A stretch of 64,000 nucleotides of DNA from Fibrobacterota bacterium. GTDB lineage: Bacteria; Fibrobacterota; Chitinivibrionia; Chitinivibrionales; Chitinispirillaceae. This document shows positions 19,074-28,160 of the stretch, one piece after another. Position 1 is the first letter of the stretch, and each line of letters starts with the position of its first letter. The notes under the pieces were generated by a model. That model saw nothing but the letters and a program-made list of their open reading frames with translations, was not told the DNA's origin and did not search any database. The stretch is from assembly GCA_023436205.1 (NCBI GenBank), contig JAEZKC010000055.1, forward strand, positions 9,542-73,541. The letters run 5' to 3'. The translations under genes and the position numbers were made by a program.

Positions 19074-19162
19074 CGTGATTGATAAACTCCGATGACTATC
19101 TTCGATAAGGATCCATAGCGGGAGAGAAATCTGGTGACCTGAGAGGCGTCTTCGCCGTTAAC
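19074..19162 (+). repeat. Dispersed ~90-nt element, copy C
   Basis: cgtgattgataaactccgatgactatcttcgataaggatccatagcgggagagaaatctggtgacctgagaggcgtcttcgccgttaac. Confidence 0.85.
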
Positions 19163-19267
19163 AGAAAAAAATGTCTTCAGAACCACCTGACCAGTGAGGA
19201 TTACATTTTGACTCCGGTTGACCTATTGTGTGCGGGTCTAGTGGATCGCCCGCTTCGCGCCGGTCCA

Positions 19268-19296
19268 TAAAAAAGGGGCGGATTCCTCCACCCCTT
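19268..19296 (-). terminator. Rho-independent terminator of the 254-aa OMP gene
   Basis: The minus strand reads AAGGGGTGGA-ggaa-TCCGCCCC followed by TTTTTTAT. Confidence 0.8.
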
Positions 19297-19322
19297 AATG
19301 TGAATCATAATGCCCATATCGT

Positions 19323-20087
19323 TTAAAACAGCCACAGCTTAAGTCCGGCTCTAATACCCCAGTTGTTCCCCGGAATATTGGGAGGAGGATCGCGGTCCTG
19401 TACATCTTCCTCGTAATAGGTGTCACCAGGGGCGTAGAGGTCACTAGTGTTGCTTTCCATTCTGGTTTCCTTGAGCTTGAAATTCATGCTTTCAAAACGC
19501 ACTTCTCCAAAAGCGGAGAGCAGATCAGACATTGGTAATGTGAATCCTGCCACGCCGATAAAACCCAGTGATGCGGGTGTAACATTCTTAAAAACCGCTT
19601 CATACGTTGTGGTGGTCTGAGCCTGAGTGGATACCAGGGTATTGGTGAAGCTTGAAGTGGCGAAATTAAGTCCCAAGCCTACCCCCACATAGACATCGAG
19701 AAGTTCCAGTGCTTCGAAGTGAGGTGCGATCAGGGTCTTTATCCCCCAAGAAAAATAGCTGTAATCACTGGTAAGATCATTTTGTGTGACACCCGAACTG
19801 CTGCGGGTTTTGATCTCCGGTGATGGCCATCCGAAAGACATGTCCACCGAAACCCGGGTCTCAAGGTTCTCTGCGGCCATGTACCCCACACCCAGTTCCA
19901 GCTTGGCACCGTGCCCCAGATTGAGAAAATGGTCGTTGGTTTCCTGGTTCTCATTTGAGGTCCCCAGGTAATAGCTTCCCATTCCGAAGCCGTAGCCGAT
20001 GTCTCCAAACAGATTGAGGGTGTTCTGGGCTGATGCCCCCAGTGCTACAACGAGCACCGCTAAACAAAGACGGGTGACACTTTTCAT
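19323..20087 (-). CDS. Outer-membrane beta-barrel protein (254 aa)
   Basis: GGAGGAG SD, signal peptide (..LVVALGASAQN), beta-strand periodicity, and a C-terminal ..GLKLWLF. Confidence 0.7.
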   Translation of the reverse strand: MKSVTRLCLAVLVVALGASAQNTLNLFGDIGYGFGMGSYYLGTSNENQETNDHFLNLGHGAKLELGVGYMAAENLETRVSVDMSFGWPSPEIKTRSSSGVTQNDLTSDYSYFSWGIKTLIAPHFEALELLDVYVGVGLGLNFATSSFTNTLVSTQAQTTTTYEAVFKNVTPASLGFIGVAGFTLPMSDLLSAFGEVRFESMNFKLKETRMESNTSDLYAPGDTYYEEDVQDRDPPPNIPGNNWGIRAGLKLWLF

Positions 20088-20186
20088 GACTCCTCCTTCA
20101 CAGGGAAAGTATGTAATATTAATTTTCGATTTCCTATTTTCATATATAATATGGGCCCGCTATTTTTCTACCCCATACCAATTTTT

Positions 20187-20214
20187 GATTTGGGATTGGC
20201 GATTTCGGATTGTC
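20187..20214 (-). repeat. Heptamer array (gene sense: GACAATC CGAAATC GCCAATC CCAAATC) upstream of the 254-aa OMP gene
   Basis: Read directly. It lies 100-127 nt upstream of the start at 20087 and is followed (in gene sense) by an A-run, mirroring the array at 18258-18292. Confidence 0.75.
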
Positions 20215-20254
20215 TCCTATCCGCACTAATGCCTACCTCTATCACCAGTCTCAG

Positions 20255-20384
20255 TCTCCGGCCTCTGACCTCTGACCTCCGACCTCTGACCTCTGACCTC
20301 TGACCTCCGGCCTCTGACCTCCGGCCTCTGACCTCCGGCCTCTGGCCTCCGGCCTCTGGCCTCTGACCTCCGGCCTCCGGCCTC
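20255..20384 (-). repeat. Tandem array TR2: 17-18 heptamers CCTCTGA/CCTCCGG. The reverse complement gives the 14-mer GGCCGGAGGTCAGA.
   Basis: Read directly. It is the same unit as TR1 with one substitution, in the opposite orientation. It overlaps the stop codon of the GH57 gene (20383-20385). Confidence 0.9.
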
Positions 20385-21999
20385 ACTCTTCCCCATACAC
20401 CCCGTAATCAATCTCCGGAAACAAATTATCATGCTCCTCAAGAAGCCTCAGAAACTCCTCATCCACATTTCCTCGCTTCACCTCTTCATAAAGACGCAGA
20501 AAATTGGAAATGTGCTCTTTTGTGCGACGTTCGGCATACTGCACCGTGGTGCCGGTTTTCATTATAAACGCCCAGTCGCTCGATTGGGCCAGAAGGAGTT
20601 CTCGGGCCATCTGGTTGAGTGCTCTGCGAAGAATCCCCTGGGCATTTCTGAACTCTCTGGCGCATTCCACCATGCGGTCTTCCATCCGGTGAAGATGCCG
20701 ATAGATCCAGTCATTGGTTTCATTGAGCCAGACTTGAGAATAACCGCCCTCTCCCCAGCTTGAGAACGAGGGGGCGGCGGTCTGGTTTTCCGGGTAGAGT
20801 GCAAGATAGTCGGACGGGGTGATCAATTTATATGTATTCTGCTCGAGGGCACTTTTTCTGATCAGGTAGTTCAGCCAGTCCGGACCCTCAAACCACCAGT
20901 GTCCGTAAAGTTCAGCATCGTAGGGCGCCACGATACACGGTTGTCTGTCCATGAACTGTTTTGCGTTTGTAATCTGGCCCTGTCGGTTGAACATGAAATT
21001 CGCAGCGTGCTCCGCCGCCACTCTGAGCGCTTCCTGGCGGTTGTAGGGGAGTTTGTCGGGACTGCTTTTGTCAGTTATGCGGCTGTATTTGATTCCGGTA
21101 TTGATCCGAATACCCGCCGGGTCGATATAGGGTTTTATATATTCCATGTCAAGATCAAACCCGATATCCTTGTGAAACTCCCTGTAGGAGGGGTGACCTG
21201 GGTAGCCCACCTCGGCACTCCAAACCGAGCGTGACGATTCCACATCGCGGCCGAAGGCCGCCACAGGTGCCTCTTTACAGAAAAGAGGGGCGAATACTCC
21301 GTATTGCGGTCGGGGATCGGCATAGAGTATCCCGTGAGTTTCCATAAAGAAGAAACGGATTCCTGCATTGTAAAGCATCTTTTCCAGCCCGGGATAGTAG
21401 CCGCATTCCGGAAGCCATATTCCCCTGGGCTTTTTACCGAAAAAACGTTCATAGGACTGAACCGCCACCTCTATTTGAGCCCGCACTGCATTGGGATTTT
21501 CCTGCATAATGGGCAGAAAACCATGGGTTGCCCCGCAGGTGATTATCTCAAGAACCCCCGCATCCTGAAGTGAGCGGAAACCATTTAGAATATTACGATC
21601 ATAATTCTCTTCGAAAATGTATTTACACTGTAGAAACCTTTCCAGATACATCCGGGCGTTCCTGCTCGTTTGTTCATCATACCTGGTGCGCTTGATTTCT
21701 TTTTGGGCAAGTTCGATTAATCTGTCAATGTAACGGACGTATCTTTCCTGTAAAAGCTGGTCGCTGAGCATCGAGCAGAGCGGGGGAGTGAGCGACATGG
21801 TGATTCTGAAAGGGACCTTGTCACTGAGCAGATTGTTGAAAATTGCAAGAAGCGGTATATATGTTTCAGTGATCGCCTCAAAGAGCCAGTTCTCCTCCAT
21901 CATGTAATCTGTTTCCGGGTGGCGGACGTAGGGGAGATGGGCATGAAGCACGATGCAGAGGAAACCGTTCGGTGGCATCTGTGCGGTGCTGTTGGTCAT
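20383..21999 (-). CDS. GH57-family 1,4-alpha-glucan branching enzyme
   Basis: GH57 N-terminal motif FLCIVLHAHLPYVRHPE..EENWLFEAITETYIPLL, plus WLPECGY and the helical C-terminal domain (LAQSSDWAFIM). Confidence 0.85.
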   Translation of the reverse strand: MTNSTAQMPPNGFLCIVLHAHLPYVRHPETDYMMEENWLFEAITETYIPLLAIFNNLLSDKVPFRITMSLTPPLCSMLSDQLLQERYVRYIDRLIELAQKEIKRTRYDEQTSRNARMYLERFLQCKYIFEENYDRNILNGFRSLQDAGVLEIITCGATHGFLPIMQENPNAVRAQIEVAVQSYERFFGKKPRGIWLPECGYYPGLEKMLYNAGIRFFFMETHGILYADPRPQYGVFAPLFCKEAPVAAFGRDVESSRSVWSAEVGYPGHPSYREFHKDIGFDLDMEYIKPYIDPAGIRINTGIKYSRITDKSSPDKLPYNRQEALRVAAEHAANFMFNRQGQITNAKQFMDRQPCIVAPYDAELYGHWWFEGPDWLNYLIRKSALEQNTYKLITPSDYLALYPENQTAAPSFSSWGEGGYSQVWLNETNDWIYRHLHRMEDRMVECAREFRNAQGILRRALNQMARELLLAQSSDWAFIMKTGTTVQYAERRTKEHISNFLRLYEEVKRGNVDEEFLRLLEEHDNLFPEIDYGVYGEE

Positions 22000-22712
22000 T
22001 TCCGTTTCTCAGGGCGCTCGCTTGATGAGACTGTGGAACTTGAAAAATAAGCGGAAAGTTGAGTTGACAAAATTTCCGGATCTATGGCGGAAACACCGGG
22101 AATACCGGGTAACATTTGAGCAACTGATGAATCTCTGCCGGCTGAGAGCACCGTGAGAGCATCGGTATTAACCTTTGGCTTTTTCTCCGAAGCTTTCTCA
22201 GAGGCGGGCTTGAGCGCAGGTTCGGGAATTTCCACCTTTTTCGATGTCAGGAAAGGGAAAAAACCGTAACGGTCATTTTGAAGTCCGTACTGTGCATGGT
22301 ACAGTTTTCCGCTCTCTGGAACTTTCATATACACTCTGCTTGCGGGGCCGACGTGCTGAGCAACAGCTTCTTGAACCTGCTGTCGTTCCCGCTCAAAATT
22401 ACTTGTAAAGGTTTCCTGTATTCGTAAAGCATCCTGTCCATACATGTATCTGCCGCTGGTCTGTTCAGCCATCACCTTCTGCGGTGCTTCCCAGTACACG
22501 TACATCCATTGAGGGTCCCGGGGGATGGCTCTAATGAAAGAATCATCGTACTTCTCGGGAATCGAGGTGCTGAACGAGTATTTAGGTCCGGTGTTCTGCT
22601 GCTCAGGTTCCCTTTTTGTCTCTTCTCTCGCCTGTTTCCGGCCATGGCGCTTGCGTCGGAGTTTTTTCTGCAGATGCAGTTGCGCTCGGCTTTTCGGTTG
22701 AGAGACTGACAT
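21996..22712 (-). CDS. DUF4912-like protein translationally coupled to the GH57 enzyme
   Basis: IRAIPRDPQWMYVYWE matches my recollection of the DUF4912 core. 4-nt overlap with the GH57 start. Basic N-terminus. Confidence 0.55.
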   Translation of the reverse strand: MSVSQPKSRAQLHLQKKLRRKRHGRKQAREETKREPEQQNTGPKYSFSTSIPEKYDDSFIRAIPRDPQWMYVYWEAPQKVMAEQTSGRYMYGQDALRIQETFTSNFERERQQVQEAVAQHVGPASRVYMKVPESGKLYHAQYGLQNDRYGFFPFLTSKKVEIPEPALKPASEKASEKKPKVNTDALTVLSAGRDSSVAQMLPGIPGVSAIDPEILSTQLSAYFSSSTVSSSERPEKRK

Positions 22713-22796
22713 TGTTTAAACCCGCTAATTAAGAAAACAACTGATTTCGCTAACTTTTTTCGACCCGCACTGAACTACTCAAAATGATAAATGGGC

Positions 22797-24002
22797 TCAG
22801 TAGCTGGGGCCTTTTTTCTGAAACCAGTTGCGTCCTCCGTTTATCCCCAGCTGTACGCTGAAAAGGTTTTCGGAATAACCGGAGTAGCGGGAATCTGTTC
22901 TCCTGCCTGCTTCAAAGACTATATCGATCAAACCGCCGTCTTCAGAAATTGGCAGTCCGGCCCCCAGGGAAAGCGAGTATTCCTGAGTTCCATCCACGGG
23001 CAGCTGATTGTATCGTAACCCGGCTCTGTAGTGCACTGTTTCCACATAGGGGGCTGTAAGCTGATCGGGTGAAGGAATATAGCGAGTACCGGCAGAAATC
23101 TGATAGGTTCGTCTCAGAGGACGGAAAAGGTCAATGTCGGATTTGAATCTTTCCCATAAAGTCGCCTGAATATCTGCCGCAAACAGCCACTCGGGACTGT
23201 AGTGGTATCCCACACCCGCTCTGATTGAAGGTGGCAGATGAAGAAAAAGCTTCTGGTCACTTCTTTCGGTGGTGTCTGCTTTAAGGTATTCCGTCTGATA
23301 TTTTCCGTTATCATCATAAAATGAATATTCCCCGGCAACACCAACTGAAAACTTGCCGATGGGCATCAGCACACCCATTTTGATACCGTTGGTTGCAGAT
23401 TCCATGACAGAGTTTTTGGAAATCGAGCTTTCAATATTTACTGAATCAACTTCGATGACTGATCTTCTGGTTTCGCTGGAGGTGATATCCGAATAGATGC
23501 GTTCGTAAAGAATGCCTATGCTGGGACCTTTCCCAATTTTATAGCCCCATCCACCCTGCCAGGCTGTTGACCCGCCGCTTCTCTGGATTTCGGTATAGAT
23601 GGCTCCCAATCCGCTTTGATCTTTGAGCTGAAATCTGAGTGCAGCCTCGCCTCTCTTCTCAATTGCAAAGCCGAAATTTCCCGCAAGACCAGCGGGGATA
23701 ATAAGAGAAAGAAGCTTGGGGCTGTAATCGTTAAGCAGGCTCTTTGAACTGCCCTGCTTTATCTGCAAATAGTCCAGGGATACCACTCCCGAAAATGCGG
23801 AACGGTTTTGAATAGCCATATTTGCCGGATTGAGGGTTAATCCGAAGTTCTCATCGCTTATGCCTGTACCCGCTCCACCCATGGAACTCGAGGGGCCGGT
23901 GGTTGACTGAACCGGAAGACCGGTGGGCAATCCTAATCCGATAGGGCTTTGGGCCTGGGTGGTGGCAAAGATGATCAGTGCTAATGAAACAACCTTTTTC
24001 AT
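22797..24002 (-). CDS. Outer-membrane beta-barrel protein (401 aa), family not recognised
   Basis: Signal peptide MKKVVSLALIIFATTQAQS, with a long series of amphipathic beta-strands rich in G/Y/S. Confidence 0.6.
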   Translation of the reverse strand: MKKVVSLALIIFATTQAQSPIGLGLPTGLPVQSTTGPSSSMGGAGTGISDENFGLTLNPANMAIQNRSAFSGVVSLDYLQIKQGSSKSLLNDYSPKLLSLIIPAGLAGNFGFAIEKRGEAALRFQLKDQSGLGAIYTEIQRSGGSTAWQGGWGYKIGKGPSIGILYERIYSDITSSETRRSVIEVDSVNIESSISKNSVMESATNGIKMGVLMPIGKFSVGVAGEYSFYDDNGKYQTEYLKADTTERSDQKLFLHLPPSIRAGVGYHYSPEWLFAADIQATLWERFKSDIDLFRPLRRTYQISAGTRYIPSPDQLTAPYVETVHYRAGLRYNQLPVDGTQEYSLSLGAGLPISEDGGLIDIVFEAGRRTDSRYSGYSENLFSVQLGINGGRNWFQKKGPSY

Positions 24003-24016
24003 ATATTCTTGACTCT

Positions 24017-25186
24017 CTATCTCGAAGTGGTGAAGACTGCTTTAAGTTCAGGTTTTAACCAGAGGGCATCTCTTCTGAGACTGTTTGCTGAATAAATTCT
24101 ATGATAAATGTATATAGGTTTCTGTACATCCCTCATGATTTTCTGGAGCTGCGTGCGCTCTCGACTTGTAATAGTGCCGGCTCCCTCTTTCACACTCAGA
24201 TCGCGCAGGGGGAGATTATTAAACATCTGTGCAAGCTTAAAGGGATCTGTTTCAAGCTCATTTGATATCAGTATTTTGCAGCTGGTGGAGTATGAAATGT
24301 CCACTGCATGCCCATTGATAAAATCACCGGTGTAAACAGCATTGAGCACCTCACTGAATGCATCTTCCGCATAGGCGTGCATGGCCAGATACAGCTTGCG
24401 AGGGTCAACCTTGTACACCGCCGTGCGCTTTGACAGTTGAGATGATATCGGCAATTTTGAAAGAGATTCTACTGCAGCTTCCTTCTCATACACCGTAAAG
24501 CGGGTTTTGGCGATGATTGTGTCTTTCAGGGTATCGCCGGTGCTGTCCTTTGCCATCATGATAATATAGGGGATGAACAATCTTTTCAATGAAACCGCTG
24601 AATCTACTATGCTGAAGTTAACAGAATTTTCGAACAGACTGTCGGTTCTCATTCTGAAAATCGTACCCGTCGTCGCACTGTCAAGCTTGATGGAATCTAT
24701 CAGACCAGCTCTGAGATTGGAAGTTCCGGCAATTACCTCATCGTTCAGGGGGACCGCAACGGAATCACCCAGATAAGCGCTTTTCATCACATTCATAGAA
24801 AAAGTATCTGCCTCGTCGGCTTCTTGAAAGTACATGAATGCGCTGATAACAGAGTCTTTGCCTTTTAATCGTTTTGAAATAGCTTCCGGTTTGAAACTCA
24901 GGTGGCTGGCCACAAACTGTGTTGAATCTGACCCGATCAGTATAACAGTAGTGTTGTGATGGGTGCTGAATACCGGATCGGGACTGGTCGGAAGACTGAA
25001 AGCTGAATCGATGTCCAGACTGTCCAGCACTGCAGAGCGGAAAACGTCCATGTCGGTTAATGTGGAATCATAATCCGAGATTACCCCGGTTCCTGCCCCG
25101 GTAACCACATCGGACTTGCTGCAGAGTAGAACCAGCGGTAACAGTAACAGAGTACAGCCGAAAAACAGTCGATTAATTCGTGTCAT
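24017..25186 (-). CDS. Lipoprotein of unknown function (389 aa)
   Basis: Lipobox-like signal (LLLLPLVLLCSKSD). No recognisable catalytic motifs. 14-nt gap to the downstream OMP gene suggests an operon. Confidence 0.55.
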   Translation of the reverse strand: MTRINRLFFGCTLLLLPLVLLCSKSDVVTGAGTGVISDYDSTLTDMDVFRSAVLDSLDIDSAFSLPTSPDPVFSTHHNTTVILIGSDSTQFVASHLSFKPEAISKRLKGKDSVISAFMYFQEADEADTFSMNVMKSAYLGDSVAVPLNDEVIAGTSNLRAGLIDSIKLDSATTGTIFRMRTDSLFENSVNFSIVDSAVSLKRLFIPYIIMMAKDSTGDTLKDTIIAKTRFTVYEKEAAVESLSKLPISSQLSKRTAVYKVDPRKLYLAMHAYAEDAFSEVLNAVYTGDFINGHAVDISYSTSCKILISNELETDPFKLAQMFNNLPLRDLSVKEGAGTITSRERTQLQKIMRDVQKPIYIYHRIYSANSLRRDALWLKPELKAVFTTSR

Positions 25187-25443
25187 GCCGCCTGCCGTGT
25201 AAAGATGAAACTTCCCAGAGCTTTCAAATTCAGCTCATTGCACTGAAAAAATAGGTTCACTCTGATATTGATGTCAAACTTTGGTACTCATCAGACTCAA
25301 AAATGCAAACTTAATTTAAAAATAGCCAAGAACTCTATTTTGAGCTATAATGTATATATTGTATTTTATGCATCTTTAGGTAGCTTGTCGTTTTCAGCGG
25401 CTCTGGTCACAACTCATGCGGACAGGGCCAGCATCCGGGAGTT

Positions 25444-26901
25444 ATGAGTCTAACAAAGCGCCCCGCCGAGTGTTCTGTTCTGGTTGTCGATGATGAAGAA
25501 GCAATTCTCCAGGTGCTTAATAACGCGCTTTCATCCCGCTACAAGGTCACCCTGTGCACAAACGGCAGAGAGGCGCTTACTTTAATTGAAAAGCAGGATT
25601 TTGATCTGGTCGTGACCGATCTCATGTTACCGGATGTGTCCGGTATCGAGGTGCTCACCTATGCCAAAAGTCGCGATGAATTCACCGAAGTGCTCATGAT
25701 CACCGGCTATGCTTCCTTGGATACCATTACCGCAGCTATTAACCTTGGTGCAGGTTCCTACCTCTCCAAACCGTTTTCCATCGCCGATTTCCTCATTCGA
25801 ACCGAAAAGATGATCGCCTCCAGACTTTTTCACCTGAAAAGTCTTCAGCTGATGAAACAGTCCGATTTCATGGACCCGGCCGATAAGGGGCACCTCAACG
25901 ATATCACCTCTTTATACTATTTTACCCGCAAGTTGATGCTCTCACTGGAAATATCCGAGGTGATGAGAATCATTCTGGAGGAGTCCAATCAGAAAATCGG
26001 CGCTGATTTCTGCAGTATCGGCGTGGATCTTCTGGATTACAAGGAAGTTTATGCAATGCCCCTGACCGGGGAACTCAATTCCGACTTGCTCAGAAGTGTG
26101 CTTTCCGAGCATTGGTCTGATGCCTTTTCCATGCTCGATAAGAACAGCTTTCTGCAAGGTGATATTCCCCTCTACATCTATAAAGGGCGTCAGGGGGAGT
26201 TCGGCTCTCCCGAAAAATTCAACTGTGTGAGCTTTCCTCTGATTGTGACTGGAAAATCGATCGGATCACTCTCTGTATTCATCGAACAGAAAAAGGATAT
26301 TCAGCCGGACCTGAATCAGTTCCTGCATGTGCTCACCTCCATCATTTCACCAGTGATTGAACATGCCTACATGGATATGCTCGCCCGGCTGCAGGCCAAA
26401 ACCGACAGCCTTACCGGCATCGCCAATCATCGCCAGTTCCATGAGGCTCTGGAGAGGGAAATTGCTCGTGCTAATCGCAAAAAGAGCACTTTTACACTCA
26501 TTCTTGTGGATATAGACAATTTTAAATCGATAAATGATACCTATGGGCATCAGGTTGGTGATGCCGTCATTATAGATCTTACTCGGCGCATTACCGCAAA
26601 TATACGCACCGGAGATGTCGCGGCCCGGTACGGCGGAGAGGAATTCTGTCTGATTCTGCCTGAAACTGATGAGGCTGGAGGAATGGTGCTGGCCAACAGA
26701 ATCTGTCAGGCGGTAGCAAATACCCCCTTCGCCAATGCGAAATATCAATTCACTTATACCGCCAGTTTCGGACTTGCGGTTTATAATGGTGCTGACCCGA
26801 TCGGAAAAGATGTGCTTATTTTCAGAGCTGATGAAGCCATGTACGAATCAAAGCGCGCGGGCAAGAATCGGGTTACAAACAGCACCAGTAAGGAAAAATG
26901 A
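25444..26901 (+). CDS. Response regulator with central sensory (GAF-like) region and GGDEF diguanylate cyclase domain
   Basis: REC features (VLVVDDEE..DLVVTDLMLPDVSG..KPF) and a GGDEF domain with an intact GGEEF motif and DIDNFKSINDTYGH. Confidence 0.85.
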   Translation: MSLTKRPAECSVLVVDDEEAILQVLNNALSSRYKVTLCTNGREALTLIEKQDFDLVVTDLMLPDVSGIEVLTYAKSRDEFTEVLMITGYASLDTITAAINLGAGSYLSKPFSIADFLIRTEKMIASRLFHLKSLQLMKQSDFMDPADKGHLNDITSLYYFTRKLMLSLEISEVMRIILEESNQKIGADFCSIGVDLLDYKEVYAMPLTGELNSDLLRSVLSEHWSDAFSMLDKNSFLQGDIPLYIYKGRQGEFGSPEKFNCVSFPLIVTGKSIGSLSVFIEQKKDIQPDLNQFLHVLTSIISPVIEHAYMDMLARLQAKTDSLTGIANHRQFHEALEREIARANRKKSTFTLILVDIDNFKSINDTYGHQVGDAVIIDLTRRITANIRTGDVAARYGGEEFCLILPETDEAGGMVLANRICQAVANTPFANAKYQFTYTASFGLAVYNGADPIGKDVLIFRADEAMYESKRAGKNRVTNSTSKEK

Positions 26902-28160
26902 AAAAAGTCGGTTTCAATCTCCTGTTTTCAATATACAGTTCAATATTCGAAATTCTGCGGTTCTCAGTCAATCTGCTGTCTCGAATTTTCATATTCAGCA
27001 AGTGGAATCTCAGGGAACGTCAAAATCCCCCTCGGCTGGTGAGAGATATTCGCAATCGAACTGTAGTATGGGTTCATGCTGCCTCACTGGGAGAGGCCAA
27101 GGTCCTGCTCAAGTTTCTTGAGCTGCTTGTCTCGCGACATCCTGAAGACCTGTATCTGCTGACGGCTGCTTCTCCCACCGGGGTTAAATTCCTAGAGGAG
27201 AACCGTAGGGCAGAAGTGTGTGCAGTGGGCTTTTTACCTCTGGACACGATTCCGCTCATGAATAAAATGCTGGACAGGTTCAAGGTGAGTCGTATCTGGC
27301 TGGTTGAGACTGAATTGTGGCCCTCGATGCTCTGGTGCTGCCGTGAGAAACGCATTCCTGTGGGTATTGTAAATGGTCGCCTTGAAGAGCGATCCTATAA
27401 AAATATGAAACGACTGGACTTCCTTTTCAGGCCTCTTTTCAATCAACTTGATATAGTGCTTGTTCAGGATGAAATCTATTCCGCCAGATTTCAGGAGCTT
27501 GGTGTAAATCCTGATTGTGTGCATGTTATAGGAAATCTGAAAAGCCATGTCACTGTTCGCAGGCCGGATACCCGTCACTGGATCTCCATCCGTAAAAAGC
27601 TGAACATTGACGAGTCGGTGCTGCTGCTCACCGCCGGATGTATTCATCCCGGGGAAGCGTCTGTCATACGGGAAAGTTTTGAAAAGTTACGGGAGCTGGG
27701 CCTGCCATGTAGATGTATTGTGGTTCCCCGGCATCTGGAGGCGGTGCCTGCTTTAATTCAGGAGCTGGGAGACAGTGCTTTGCTGCTTAAGGATATCGAA
27801 ACCGACCAGCCGTGGGATCTGTGCGTGATTGAAAAAATGGGTATTCTTGACGATATGTACAGAATCGCCGATGCCGCCATTGTGGGGGGGAGTTTTGTGA
27901 AAGTGGGAGGTCACAATGTGTGGGACCCTGCCCGTTTTGGAATACCGGTCTTTTTTGGACCTGAAACTCATGCTCAAAAAGAAAGCTGCGAGAGACTGGT
28001 CACCTCGGGAGTGGGATTCAGAGTACAGGATGGCTCTGAACTGGGCAGAACAATATACAAGGTGATGAAAACTGAAGCTTCGCGCTTTGTCAATGCACAA
28101 ATTCTCTTTGCTGAAACCGTTAACAAAAGTCAATCAATACTGGAACCCCTGATTCCATGA
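26898..28160 (+). CDS. waaA: 3-deoxy-D-manno-octulosonic acid (Kdo) transferase
   Basis: VVWVHAASLGEAKV signature plus GGSFVKVGGHN. ATGA overlap with the upstream gene. Confidence 0.8.
   Translation: MKKVGFNLLFSIYSSIFEILRFSVNLLSRIFIFSKWNLRERQNPPRLVRDIRNRTVVWVHAASLGEAKVLLKFLELLVSRHPEDLYLLTAASPTGVKFLEENRRAEVCAVGFLPLDTIPLMNKMLDRFKVSRIWLVETELWPSMLWCCREKRIPVGIVNGRLEERSYKNMKRLDFLFRPLFNQLDIVLVQDEIYSARFQELGVNPDCVHVIGNLKSHVTVRRPDTRHWISIRKKLNIDESVLLLTAGCIHPGEASVIRESFEKLRELGLPCRCIVVPRHLEAVPALIQELGDSALLLKDIETDQPWDLCVIEKMGILDDMYRIADAAIVGGSFVKVGGHNVWDPARFGIPVFFGPETHAQKESCERLVTSGVGFRVQDGSELGRTIYKVMKTEASRFVNAQILFAETVNKSQSILEPLIP

Noticed and set aside
20168-20441. ORFs translating as RPEAGGQRPEAGGQRPEVRGRRSE... 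(20168..20386 and 20226..20441), and the similar ORF at 16035..16283
   Set aside because: They are read-throughs of the heptamer/14-mer tandem arrays TR2 and TR1. The periodic peptide is an artefact of the simple repeat, and there is no SD or sensible start context.
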